Part shown: positions 1 to 13,368 of the stretch, in pieces
Numbering within the stretch: the stretch's first letter is position 1
How the letters are laid out: every line of letters begins with the position of its first letter
Assembly (NCBI GenBank): GCA_951406725.2
Contig: OX597833.1
Span: 26,598,001-26,662,000, forward strand
DNA from: Octopus vulgaris
Lineage: Eukaryota
DNA length: 64,000 nucleotides
Direction: 5' to 3'
Notes under the pieces: model-generated
Seen by the model: the letters and a program-made list of their open reading frames with translations, nothing else
What the model was told of the DNA's origin: nothing
Databases searched by the model: none
Made by a program: the position numbers and the translations under genes

Positions 1-32
1 GTGTGTACGTATATATATATATACATATAACG

Positions 33-40
33 AGAAGAAG

Positions 41-72
<32 letters not shown>

Positions 73-73
73 G

Positions 74-105
<32 letters not shown>

Positions 106-168
106 GAAGAAGAAGAAGAAGAAGAAGAAGAAGAAGAAGAAGAAGAAGAAGAAGAAGAAGAAGAAGAA
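33..168. repeat. (GAA)n microsatellite
   Basis: Direct; explains the poly-Arg ORF 3..302. Confidence 0.95.
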
Positions 169-727
169 ATACAATATGGCGAAGGAGAAATATGTTTACA
201 TGGGAAAAAAATTTATATATACAAATGAGTTCAAAGAAGCTATACAGGGATGAAAGGAAAGAAATAATTAAAAACAGAAGTAAAAGAAAAGGCAGGGAAT
301 AGAAACATTCAGTGCTCACAAGACAGAGATATAATGTGAAGGAGAAAGGAAGGGAAGGGAAGATGGGAGTGGAGGAAGGCTAAATAAACAAAAGATTGTT
401 TCATTGATGAAATGTAGAGAGAGATTACAACGAACTTTGTACTATTAATACTTCCCTTATTTCAAATGAATTCCTCTTTAAAAATAAAATTTCAAATGAA
501 GAGAGTGGTGGACAAATATTCTTATCATCTGTGTTCCCACAACTATCTCTTTAACAATGCTTATTAATATATTAAATTAACACCGCATTATTTGCATATA
601 ATTGAAAGTTTTGTTTTGTCCGTTAATATATTTGTCTCCAAAGTATTGGGTTTTTATGTCCCTCCCACTACCCAAAGTAATTATTTTCCTTACATTTATC
701 ATCATCTTCATCATCATTGTTATTATT

Positions 728-950
728 AAGGCGGCAGAATTGTTAGCTGGCAAAATCGTTAGCAATCCGGGCGAAATGCCTGATGGCATTTCGTCGGTCT
801 TCACGTTCTAAATCCTAATTCTGCCGAGCTCGACTTTGCATTTCATACTTCCGGGGTCAATAAATTAAATACCAATGAAACACTGGGGTCGATATAATCA
901 AGTAGCCCACCTCCATAAAAATTCCACGCTTTGTGCCTTTAGTAGAAAGG
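728..950 (+). mobile_element. tRNA-derived SINE, family A (head AAGGCGGCGAGCTGGCAGAA, central TTTCATCCTTTCGGGGTCGATAAA domain), diverged copy
   Basis: Matches many other copies in the window (e.g. 45910, 63297), whose heads carry box-B-like GAGTTCAAATTCC. Confidence 0.8.
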
Positions 951-1343
951 ATTATTATTGTTGTTGATAGTGGTAATGTTACGTTGTTATTCTTCTTGCT
1001 GTTGTTCTTTTCTCTGAATGCTCAGATTTCCAAGAATTAGAAGAACTATTTTTGTCAGTATAAGAAAATATTTAGTTTTGATTTAAATCAACACAGACCT
1101 TCAGGTTCGCTTTATATATTCATATTTTTGGCAAACATCAAATTTCATTCGTTTATATGGTTCAGTGAAGTTAGGTCTAATTCAACAGAAAGAGGTACAA
1201 TCTACAAGGACGGTAGGAGTAAAACACTCAAAAAAGCAGTTTAAAATTTTAAACTACAAGAAAATGTTAACCAAACAAAAAAAAAAAAGCACGCTTCAAA
1301 CACAAAGGTGCATCATTGACAAAAATACTCCAAATTAAATGGC

Positions 1344-1490
1344 GGTGCAGGCGTAATTTAATTAACTATCCAACCACAAGTTCAGTCCCAGTGGGTGACG
1401 CCTTGGGCAAGTGTCTTCTACTACAGTATCGGGTTGACGAAAGACATGTGAGTGAATTTGGTAGACGGAAACTGAGAGAAGCCCGTCGTA
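1344..1490 (+). mobile_element. SINE family B (CORE-like), degenerate 5' part
   Basis: GTTCAGTCCCA...CCTTGGGCAAGTGTCTTCTACTA...GGTAGACGGAAACTGAGAGAAGCCCGTCG, as in the copy at 47008. Confidence 0.75.
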
Positions 1491-1877
1491 TATATGTGTG
1501 TGTGTGAATCAGTTGAAGGAATGCATTATGGTAGCATGGCAAAATATGTCAAAAAAGTAGTGCTTCCAAAGAATGAGCTAGAAATTTTAAGAAACTCTGG
1601 ACAATTTGTGGCGTGAAATATATTTCATCGAAAGGTCCAGAACCATATAAAAGCATCTGTTCATAATTTTACTCGCGTCTATATCTTAGTAGAAACTGAT
1701 GGTTAAAGAACTTAAACTGCATAAACAAATTTACTCTTAAATAACACTAACATATTCAGTAATACTAATAACTTCAATTTACCCTTGACAATTTTTAGTC
1801 TTACTAATTTTGAATATATCATTCCTGTTTAAAATCTCTTACCTACTTGACAATTGCATTTCCATGACAACCACTGG

Positions 1878-2087
1878 GATCGATCTGGTAACGGATAAGG
1901 ATTCTGGATTATTTTCCGGTTTTTAACTTAATTTTTGAGAGCGGCCGGGTTCATTTTTAGTATTCTCGTTTGTGAGAGCAGTCGAGTTTATTTCAGATAT
2001 TCTCATTCTAAAAATCATCTCCGGCTAATCGATGAGAGGTCCTAAGTGCTGCCTTGGCAAAGGTTTGCGCTCTCTGGATGCTCTTGC
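1878..2087 (+). mobile_element. Probable 3' fragment of a Helentron-associated (HINE/DINE-like) non-autonomous element
   Basis: Ends CCTTGGCAAAGGTTTGCGCTCTCTGGATGCTCTTG, resembling the CCTTGGCGGAGGT..GCGCTCT..GAGTGC 3' end I recall for such elements; not verified. Confidence 0.45.
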
Positions 2088-2199
2088 TCTTGTTCTTAAA
2101 ATTACGAGGACGACTGGAAATATTGGCACGGACTTTCATTGGCTTGTCGTTAGGTCTTCGCAATAATTTGAATTATTAGAACAAAATCATGTACATTTT

Positions 2200-2663
2200 G
2201 TTGTCGACCTCGGTGGAATTTGAACTCAGGACGTAAAGACAGACGAAATACCTGTTTATTACTACCCACAAGGGGCTAAACACAGAGAGGACAAACAAGG
2301 ACAGACAAACGGATTAAGTCGATTATATGGGCCCCAGTGCGAAACTGAGACTTATTTAATCGACCCCGAAAGGATGAAAGGCAAAGTCGACCTCAGGGGA
2401 ATTTGAATTCAGAATATAGCGGCAGACGAAATACCTATTTCTTTACTACCCACAAGGGGCCAAACACAGAGAGGACAAACAGGGACAGATATACGGATTT
2501 AGTAGATTATATCGACCCCAGTGTGTAACTGGTACTTAATTTATCGACCGCGAAAGGATGAAAGGCAAAGGCGACCTCGGCGGTATTTGAACTCAGAATG
2601 TAGTGGCAGACGAAATACTGCTACGCATTTCGCCTGGCGTGCTAACGATTCTGCCAGCTCACC
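2200..2663 (-). mobile_element. SINE family A tandem multimer (about 2.5 units)
   Basis: Repeated ~180 bp unit ACTACCCACAAGGGGC...GAAAGGATGAAAGGCAAAG...GACGAAATAC; full head only at the 2663 end. Confidence 0.85.
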
Positions 2664-2762
2664 TGACTTACATTCTGATATATTAATTTATGTTTTTTTT
2701 GTTATCCTTTTTTTATATGTCGTGTCTGGTATGATTGCCTTCGCGTAGTTTATAGTGTGTGA

Positions 2763-2823
<61 letters not shown>

Positions 2824-2902
2824 TGTGTGTGTGTGTTGAAGTATGTATCACAGCGAGTGTACTGTATCCGTGTGTGCTGTGTCCGTGTGTGTTGTATCCG
2901 CA

Positions 2903-2976
2903 ACCCCTTGTGGGTAGTAAAAAATAGGTATTTCGTCTGTCTGTAGGTCCTGAGTTCAAATTCCGCCGAGGTCGAC
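2903..2976 (+). mobile_element. SINE family A tail-to-body junction fragment
   Basis: CCCCTTGTGGGTAGTAAAAAATAGGTATTTCGTC...GAGTTCAAATTCCGCCGAGGTCGAC. Confidence 0.75.
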
Positions 2977-3412
2977 AACAAACAAGATGTATCTGCGTGT
3001 GTATGTGTGTGTGTGTGTGCCTGTGCCTGTGCGTTAAATGTGTGCTTGGGAATTGAATACAAAGGAGATTTAACATAAATAAATAGGATACAGTAGGAAG
3101 GAAATATTAAACAAGGGAAGAAATGAAAGGAAGGAATGAACAGGCGGAAGGAAGGATGGGGGGAAGAAAGGTAAGCAGGAAGAAAAGAAGGAAGTATGAA
3201 TGTTGTATGACAGACAGAAAAGAATACTGGAAAGGAATCGAAAAATCCCAAAATGAGTCGTATGTTACAAAGCTAAATGAAGTAAGCATTTGAATATTGA
3301 GAGAAGGAAACGATAGAAATTAAGTATATGAAAGAATAGAGGGGGAAGAGAAATACGAGACAGTGTAAGTAAGACGTAGGGGAAAGATAGAAAGATAGAT
3401 ATTACTTCGATT

Positions 3413-3455
<43 letters not shown>

Positions 3456-3735
3456 ATATATATTTCTGCGATGGTTTTTGGTAAGCAGCGTAGGTTTATA
3501 CTTCAAGAGACAGACACTTAAGCGATCACCGTGCAATGATTATTTTTTCTGTCGGGGGCTTATATGTTCCATTGCTAGACTAGTTAGTTTCTCTAGTCAT
3601 TGCATGGTGATCGCTTATAAGCTTATAAAATACTAATATATATATATACAGAGAGAGAGAAAGAAGGAGAAAAGATAGATGTCGACATAGTGCGTGTATA
3701 TATATTTATATATATATATGTGTGTGTGTATATCT

Positions 3736-4131
3736 CTCTTTACTCTTTTACTTGTTTCAGTCATTTGACTGCGGCCATGCTGGAGCATCGCCTTTAATCG
3801 AGCAACTTGACCCCGGGACTTATTCTTTTGTAAGCCCAGTACTTATTCTATCGGTCTCTTTTGCCGAAACGCTAAGTAAGGGGACATAAACACACCAGCA
3901 TCGGTTGTCAAGCAATGCTAGGGGGACAAATACAGACACACAAACACACACACGCATATATATATATACATATATATACGACGGGCTTCTTTCAGTTTCC
4001 GTCTACCAAATCCACTCACAAGGCCCGAGGCTATAGTAGAAGACACTTGCACAAGGTTCCACGCAGTGGGACTGAACCCGGAACCATATGGTTGGTGAAC
4101 AAGCTACTTACCCCACAGCCACTCCTGCGCC
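3736..4131 (-). mobile_element. SINE family B (tRNA head, CORE-like domain, internal TA/TG tract, AGTAAAAG tail)
   Basis: Reverse complement of the copy at 47008-47412. Confidence 0.9.
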
Positions 4132-4163
<32 letters not shown>

Positions 4164-4674
4164 AAAGCGAAGAAGAAAGCGAGAGAAAAATACACAGGGA
4201 AGTAGAGCAGAACAGGTAAGATTTTCATGACGTAAATGACGTAACTTAATATTCTACACGTCTGTGCTGTAGTTTCCTTTCGCTCTGCGTTCTGTACACT
4301 GTGACCCATCCAACCGCGGAGCCCAAAGAATTGCAACTCGTATTATAAAAATGAAAGCTTCTAATGGTCTTTGTAATAAACAAAATTACACAGGGATATC
4401 TAAATGCTTATCTGTCGCGTATCTTTCAGATTATTACAAGCTTCACACAATACGGTTTCGAATTAAACGTCGCTTAGTAGACTTCTTTGATCGATGTGCA
4501 TCTAAGCATAATGACATCCGATTAAGGGGATATATTCTTTATATTAAAAATGCTTATGCAATGTAATCTTTTATGTTTTTATACCAAATATTTTTTCTGA
4601 CATGCATGTAGCTTGATCTTATACACACACATGCATGATTATAATATATGTATTTACACACACACATTTACATG

Positions 4675-4726
<52 letters not shown>

Positions 4727-4779
4727 AAATACTAAATTTCTAAATCTCTCGTAGAGACATGTACGGTGGTGGGGCGATA

Positions 4780-5047
4780 GAATGGTTGCATACTGTCAAT
4801 CTAACACGAACGTGACAGTAGGGGGGTACACCACCGCTGTATAGCCCTAGGAAGCATCGACGCCTCCTGATGGCTTTGACACATTTTTCCCTGTGTCCTT
4901 ATATACATAAATGTAAATAAATGTATATAAAGACACAGGGGAAAATGTGTCAAAGCCATCAGGAGGCGTCGATGCTCCTAGGGCTATACAGCGGTGGTGT
5001 ACGCCCCTACTGTCACGTTCGTGTTAGATTGACAGTATACAACCATT

Positions 5048-5048
<1 letters not shown>
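4780..5048. repeat. Near-perfect inverted repeat, ~128 bp arms, 12 bp spacer
   Basis: 4780-4908 is the reverse complement of 4921-5048 with few mismatches. Confidence 0.92.
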
Positions 5049-5085
<37 letters not shown>

Positions 5086-5189
5086 TTACATAGATTAGGG
5101 TATATATATTATATATTAATTCACATATATATGCATACATGCATATGTGTTTAGAGATAAATGTATACATATACATACATACATGTACG

Positions 5190-5239
<50 letters not shown>

Positions 5240-6188
5240 TGTATATGTACATACATATGCACTTATAGACATGCATATGTGCGCATCTGTATATATTAAC
5301 AGCAAGAGAGGGGGAAATTTATAGAAATATAAGGAGGGAACCAACAACCTGTCAAAAACACAAAATGATTTTTAAAGTTGTCACAAACTCCCATCTCTGA
5401 TATGTTTTCGGATAAATAACGCTTGTAACTAATTCGGTTACTATGCATCGGTAAGTGAATATCTGACGTCATATGTACTGTGGGTAAATCTCTGCATTTT
5501 GTCAAAATCATTGAATATATTAAAGGATGACGTAACTCACTAGACCACCAAAATGCTTGCAACTCAATGGACATCTAAAACTAGGCATTGGTGTTACAAT
5601 GAGTTAACGTAGAAGCTTCTGATGGAAATGGTGGGAGAGTTACAAGGGAAAGTAGACAAAAACGGGAAAATTTTGTATGAATTGCACTGCAGAATGTGAG
5701 AGGTAGAACGAAAAGCTAGTTAAAATAACAGAATAACAAGAAACTCAACAACAACAACAACAACAAAACAATGATGTTGACTTTCATCATTAGCTTTCGG
5801 ACAAAATAAAGACAAAGGACGATGGGGATTTGCATAAACACAGGGAAACAATGAAAACCAAACCATAAACACATTTCCTGTTTTGACCCATAAACATCCG
5901 ACCTTTTCAAACAAAACACTACGCTTAAATATATGCATCCTAATCCTCCAAAGAAGTTTTTCCATGGTCTAATATTGAACTCTAAAAGCATAAAGATACT
6001 ACAATGTATTGGTATACTTATTTATTAATTTTTGTATATATTTAATATTATTTTGAAAAAAAAAACATTGTAATTTTCTTATTGTTGTATTTGGGGCCAG
6101 TTTAGCCAATAAAAACAAATTCACGATATATTTGGTGTTACTTTGTTTCAGCGTTATTTATTTTTTACATTAATCTTAATCTTATTTC

Positions 6189-6233
6189 GGCCAGAGTTCT
6201 TTCGTCACACTCCTGTGACCGCATCAGTGGTCC
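6189..6233 (-). ncRNA. Hammerhead-ribozyme-like motif (type I, variant core CUGAUGCG)
   Basis: Minus strand GGACCA-CTGATGCG-GTCAC aggagt GTGAC-GAAA-GAAC-TC-TGGCC. Confidence 0.5.
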
Positions 6234-6468
6234 TTTGCTTTCTTCTTTCTTATTTGTGTCTCTCCTTACTAACGGTCAGTCATTTTGTATTTTGTAGTTC
6301 TATTGTATGTCTTCATTTGCGCATGCGTATACCTCTATGTGTGTCTATGTTTAGGTAGTGTGTGTGGGGGGAAGTACATGTAATATTTGTATCTCCTGTT
6401 TATATACGTTCGTGTAATTTGTTTTTGTTTTTGTTTATTTTTATTTTGTTCATGTGTTTACACCTACC

Positions 6469-6473
6469 TATTA

Positions 6474-6540
<67 letters not shown>

Positions 6541-6564
6541 CATTATTATTATTATGTATGTATG

Positions 6565-6622
<58 letters not shown>
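6469..6622. repeat. (TAT)n followed by (AAT)n, an inverted microsatellite pair
   Basis: Direct. Confidence 0.9.
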
Positions 6623-6625
<3 letters not shown>

Positions 6626-6922
6626 TATTTAAAAATAAAGAAATTTTAAAAATAATTATAAAAATGTATATAGTTATTTACTTCCATTTGTTTATTTATC
6701 TGTGTATTTTATTTTACTTCCTCAATTTAAAAAAAAATTCCCCTTCCAAATTTGGAAAATTTGCCTTGCAATGTATGTACTAGCTATGTTTGGATATGAC
6801 CGAAATATATATATATATATAATTATATATTTATATAAATAAGGATAAGATCGTTATTTAAAATACCAATCATATCAAGTGGCTAGCATGGGAATAACAA
6901 CCTCATAGGTAATAATTATTAT

Positions 6923-7201
6923 TAAAATTAAAATTAAGGGTATTTAAAAGATACCATCATGCTAGATATAGCAGTCAAACCTTGAGTCTAAAACCTCATC
7001 AAATATCTATACAGCACCAGAACAGAAAACAAAGAGACGAAAGAAACTAGCTAAAACATATCCAATAATATTTTGCTAGTTTATTTTGACTTTGTCTTCT
7101 CTCCTGGTGCTGTATGAACATTTAGTGTGGTTTTAGAGTCCAGTTTTGTCTACTATCTCTAGCATGATGGTATCTTTTAGATACCCTTAATTATAATTTT
7201 A
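6923..7201. repeat. Imperfect inverted repeat, ~135 bp arms
   Basis: AATTAAGGGTATTTAAAAGATACCATCATGCTAG... versus ...CTAGCATGATGGTATCTTTTAGATACCCTTAATT. Confidence 0.85.
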
Positions 7202-7229
7202 TATTATTATATATTTACACATTTTTTAA

Positions 7230-8060
7230 TGAAATACATTGTGGGAATTCGTGCATTAGTTAGGAGACATTTTTCTGTATTTTTGAGGGAACGATCGGAT
7301 CAATTAGCCATTAACTGTAAAGAATGAAATAAAAGTTTAATCTCTTGACGATTGTTAGTACATTTTCTGGTATAAAGCCCTATCCTCCTTTCTGTTGGCA
7401 TTTCAATGTACCTGCAGATATATTTCCTTTGTCTAAGACAGGGCAATCTGAAACAATATCATTAATAGTTTCTTCCTGACTTCCAATTATTCAAAAGTTA
7501 TTTAGTGTCCTACTTTGATAAGTTGCATTGTTCGTTTTTAGTAAAAAGTTTAAGATGCTCTGCCGTGTCCAAGCATCTTTCAGTCTCAGGTGTTCTTAAC
7601 CACTGCTGAAATATTTCATTAACTATCGCCATCCTATTCAGTGTTGACTACTGCTTTAAAATGTTACTCATTTTTTAACTTAGCTTTTAGCTTCTTTTGT
7701 AATTTCTATAATGCTTTCTCTTTTCTTTCCACAACATTCAATCATCTCTTCCACTTTTTTTATTCATGTCTCCATGATGACAGGAAACATTTTATTGTTG
7801 TATGCATATTGAGTAGCCATTTGCATTAGGTTTTCGTTATTCTTTAGTGGATATTTCTGTATTCCTATACTGAATATTTGACAATAGATTTTCTCGTATA
7901 AGGCTCCAGATATCTGTATTTATGGTAAATATGATATCATAGACAGATTTTGGATTGTGTAATCTAAATGGAGTCCAGATTGAGATTAATGTATCTACTC
8001 TACATTATCCAATTCATTCTTCTGTACATATACCTGTAAAGATTATATTCATGTATATCT
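7230..8060 (-). mobile_element. Highly degenerate R4/Dong-type non-LTR retrotransposon fragment
   Basis: Minus-strand pieces translate to LHNPKS, QQWLRTPETE and ETINDIVSDCPVL, collinear with the intact copy at 23628. Confidence 0.6.
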
Positions 8061-8316
8061 TGCTGATAGCTCCAGCAGTGCTGCTAGTCATACTATCTAA
8101 TATATATATGGTCTATAACATATATCAATGTGCGTGATTCAAATTATGTAATACATTATATATAATATTTAATATCAATATACATACATACATACATACA
8201 TACATGCATGTATATATATATATTAAACGTAGTATATAATATATATGTATAGAAATATATATACATATTTATGTATTATATATATACACACATATACTTC
8301 TATATCTATATATTAT

Positions 8317-9457
<1,141 letters not shown>

Positions 9458-9811
9458 TACATATATATATATTTATATAAATAGTAATAATATATATATA
9501 TATGTATATATATATATTGGTTCTTGGCTGAAGAGCTACAAATGGATTATTGTAAGTAATATTACATATATATATTGTCCCAAAATAATCTGTATATATA
9601 TATATATATATATATATAGAGATATATAGTGACCTCTTTATATTTTTATATATATATGTTATAAAATATATAATAATCCAGGTTTCTCGTAGCACTAGGC
9701 ACTTGGTGTGGACACCCTTATTAATTAATTATATATATATATATATACAAATATATACGTATATATATACATACATATTTGTGTATATATGTATATATAT
9801 GTATACATACC

Positions 9812-10055
9812 TAAGGAGGAGGAGACTCCCTTAGGTCATGAATGACCATGGGATTGCACCTGGAAAGTTACCTTCCGAGGCACAAGTCCGGGCAAGTTTG
9901 TTTATAGAAGACCAGCAGTTGCCTATACATATCAGCCTCCCCTCTCCACACCAGTGATTTTATCCAAATAAAGGCAACGGCCGATACAGCTTGGCACCAG
10001 TGATGTCGCAACTTATTTCTAAAGCTGAGTGAACTGGAGTAACGTGAAATAAATA
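9812..10055 (-). mobile_element. SINE fragment (central domain TTATTTCACGTTACTCCAGTTCACTCAGC plus distinct tail), head missing
   Basis: Central domain resembles 45790-45830; tail CAATCCCATGGTCATTCATGACC. Confidence 0.6.
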
Positions 10056-10083
10056 CACACGTACACACACAAAACGGATGAAA

Positions 10084-10396
10084 ACGAAGTACGATCAATG
10101 CTAGAAATGGTAGCGCCGTAAACAGGCAGATATGTAGTAGATATTTTAAAATTTGGACGTCAATGGTAGACTGAACTGGAGATAAGCAATCGGATTCACG
10201 CTCACGCATGCTATTCGAAACGTTTGAAACTGCAGAATTGACTTATCTTCATTTCTATTACAGTCTCCATAGCGGTAAGACAGAATTTTCCTATATTCAC
10301 CGCCCGCAAACTTTTCTGCCTGTAAATATTCAGTCAAACTCTACATAGTACCGCTAACTTACCGGCCTGCTATTTCTAGCAATGAACATACTTAGT
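10084..10396. mobile_element. Candidate MITE with ~38 bp imperfect TIRs
   Basis: ACGAAGTACGATCAATGCTAGAAATGGTAGCGCCGTAA versus reverse complement of the right end ACTAAGTATGTTCATTGCTAGAAATAGCAGGCCGGTAA. Confidence 0.5.
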
Positions 10397-10486
10397 GTAC
10401 ATCCACTTTGTATATTTATAATTCTACCTTTTATGGTGTCTTATTTTTGTTGGATAATAATATATTTTTAATAATATTTATGTTTC

Positions 10487-10545
<59 letters not shown>

Positions 10546-10738
10546 AGTAATTGAATAAATTATCTTATTAAGGATAATTCGAAAGATAACCGATACCTGG
10601 GTAGCAAATTCACATCAGAAAGAACACGGTTGCAGCTACGTCACTAGGGCATAGACTACGTGTCTTCGTGCGTGTCGAGAATAAAGGATATTTGTTAACT
10701 AGTCGTTCAACTCCATTCTTTCATATACTTATAATTTT

Positions 10739-10797
<59 letters not shown>

Positions 10798-10810
10798 GTA
10801 TATATATGTC

Positions 10811-10841
<31 letters not shown>

Positions 10842-11560
10842 ATGTATGTATGTATGTATGTATGTATGAATGTATGTATGTATGTATGTATGTATGTATG
10901 TATGTATGTATGGTATATATGCGTGTATATATATACATTAGAACATGTCTTATACATAGATATATGTTCTGCATGAGTCTGACGCATAAAGCCGGTAGGC
11001 GTTCAATGGAACTGCTATAAATTTACACCTACCATCTTAGAAACGGAAGGACACGTTAAACGATACAGTTTTTGATGTATAAATCAGAAAAGACAATTGT
11101 TCGAGGCTGAAACCGTTTTTAACAAGTTCCTGTACAATGAAGGCCAAACTACCACAAAACAACAACCAAATCCGGAAGACTCGCCATATTATTGATATAT
11201 AATACATAGTGTACAATGTCATGTAAGAGTAATAAATCTCGAATCAAGAATCAGAGACGCTTAGTTGCTGTCGTGAGAAGAGCCTTGGGGGAATCATCTG
11301 CATTCGGAAGCTGATTGACACCGGGTATCAGGTGTGACCTAATGACATGTATAGGAAGAATAGTCTCAATAATACCATTTCAGAGATATATTGATAAAAT
11401 GACACACTTCAGAGATGTCCGGGTAAAGTCATGCTCTCATAGATCACAGTAATGATACTGAGCGTCACACTTTTGCGAACAGATTCATCCATAAAATATA
11501 TCGTGTATAACTGCGCATTGCATCCACAAACATTCGACAGATACATATACATGTGAGTGC

Positions 11561-11609
<49 letters not shown>

Positions 11610-11620
11610 CGCGCGCATGT

Positions 11621-11814
11621 CGGTTAGCATGCCAGGCGAAATGCTTAGCGGTTTTTCCTCTGCCTTTAGGTTCTGAGTTCAAATTCTGCTGAGGTCGACT
11701 TTGCATTTCATCATTTCGGGGTCAATAAATTATTTACCAGTTGCATACTGCGGTCGATCTAATCGACTGGCCCCCTCCCTCAAATCTTTCGGGCCATGTG
11801 CCTAGAGTAGAAAA
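11621..11814 (+). mobile_element. SINE family A (GTGCCTAGAGTAGAAAAG tail)
   Basis: GTTAGCATGCCAGGCGAAATGCTTAGCGG...GAGTTCAAATTC...GGGGTCAATAAAT. Confidence 0.85.
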
Positions 11815-11832
11815 GTATATATATGTGTGTGA

Positions 11833-11867
<35 letters not shown>

Positions 11868-11880
11868 CGTGTGTGTAGAC

Positions 11881-11920
<40 letters not shown>

Positions 11921-12311
11921 ATACATATGTGTGTATGTGTGTATGTGTGCATGTGTGTGTTTTGTCTATATATGTGTGCGTGTATGTTTTGTGTTTATGT
12001 ACAAGTTTGTGAAGGTGCGGGGCCTACTCGTTAGAGTGTAATATTCATAATTGCTAGATAATTCTATTCCCAGTGAGGGTGGCGTTTGAGTTCTTGAGAA
12101 AATCACTTCATTTCCTGTTGCTTTACAATTATTTCGACATCAGACCATTTGATGTGATGAATAAGCGAATGTAGAGCACCACATGCATTTAATCACTATA
12201 AGCCAATCATATATGCAGGCCGATCAGCAAAATGTGAACATCCATACGTCGTCTTCTATGGGATATATATTTATGTTTACATGAATGTGTGTATATGCAT
12301 ATATACATATA

Positions 12312-13127
12312 CAAGGTCTGATCAACAGGTATCCGGACTGTTGGCATAGTAACGAAGCTAAAGCACGCAGAGTAAAGCTGATTGGCAAAGATTGACCATG
12401 AACTCTCCTGTGCATGTGCACTGTTTTAACGTTCTAGCGCAATCCCAATGTTTACTGCAGTGCTTGGAATGAAGGTGTGTATGACAGAGAAAGTTGTGAT
12501 GGCGAAACTTGCTTAAGACCTATATAATGTTGCAGAGAGTGTATGGAGAGGATCGTATGGACCGTACCCAAATGTAATTTTCAGGTTCAGTATAATAAAG
12601 AACGTTTCCAAGATGGCTAAAAACATATCGATATTGATGATATTGAGACCCGCAACCAGCAGAACTGAGAAAAATATCGCAGATGTACGTGCAGCTGTGA
12701 GGGGAAATCGTCGGATCACCATCCATAAGTTATCAGGTGATAATTCGGGTATGAGAAGATTCGGGTATGAGAAATGTGTCTGCCAAGATTGCTTTCAGCT
12801 GACCAAAAAGACACTTGGGTTTCAGTTGCACAATATCTTGATTGTGTCGAGAATGATGAAAAATTTTGAAAACTTGGTGTAGGCTTCTGAGCAGGTATTG
12901 GCAAGCTTTTGGCAAAATATTATGCAGATTCTCTGCTTACCTTTCTCTGTCATGCAGAATGCGACGATCACATGCTATAAGTCTTCCGTCCAAGCACTGC
13001 TGAAAACAGCGGAAGTGAGTTAGAACGTTAAAACTTTGCGCGAATGAAGAGCAGAGTTCAAGATCAGTATGTGACAAGCGGCTTTTCTCTGCGTTACTAT
13101 GTTTGGATACTTATTGATCAGACCATG
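12312..13127 (+). mobile_element. Internally deleted, degenerate mariner (Tc1/mariner) DNA transposon
   Basis: TIRs CAAGGTCTGATCAACAGGTATCC and GGATACTTATTGATCAGACCATG, each flanked by TA; internal peptide RPATSRTEKNIADVRAAVRGNRRITIHKLS resembles the mariner linker and second HTH. Confidence 0.8.
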
Positions 13128-13175
13128 TATATATACATACATATCTTCCCTTCTCTGGATCTTTCCTTTTCCTAT

Positions 13176-13210
13176 GTTTCTGACGAAGCGCTCCGCTCGA
13201 AACGTTAAAC
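13176..13210 (+). ncRNA. Minimal hammerhead-like motif (Penelope-type) in a short TA-flanked element (~13143-13315)
   Basis: GTTT-CTGACGA-AGCGC tcc GCTC-GAA-ACGT-T-AAAC: canonical CUGANGA and GAAA, palindromic ACGU stem III, GUUU/AAAC stem I. Confidence 0.55.
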
Positions 13211-13312
13211 CCTCCTTCTTCCCTTCCTTCCTGAGCGTCCAATAATACAATATTTGTTCCACGTCCTCGCGTTGTTGTGTTTTCTCTTTGTGTTTTCATG
13301 TTTGGATTAACT

Positions 13313-13367
<55 letters not shown>

Positions 13368-13368
<1 letters not shown>

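Noticed and set aside
2200-2663. CRISPR-like or satellite array
   Set aside because: Units are SINE multimers without unique spacers, in a eukaryotic context.
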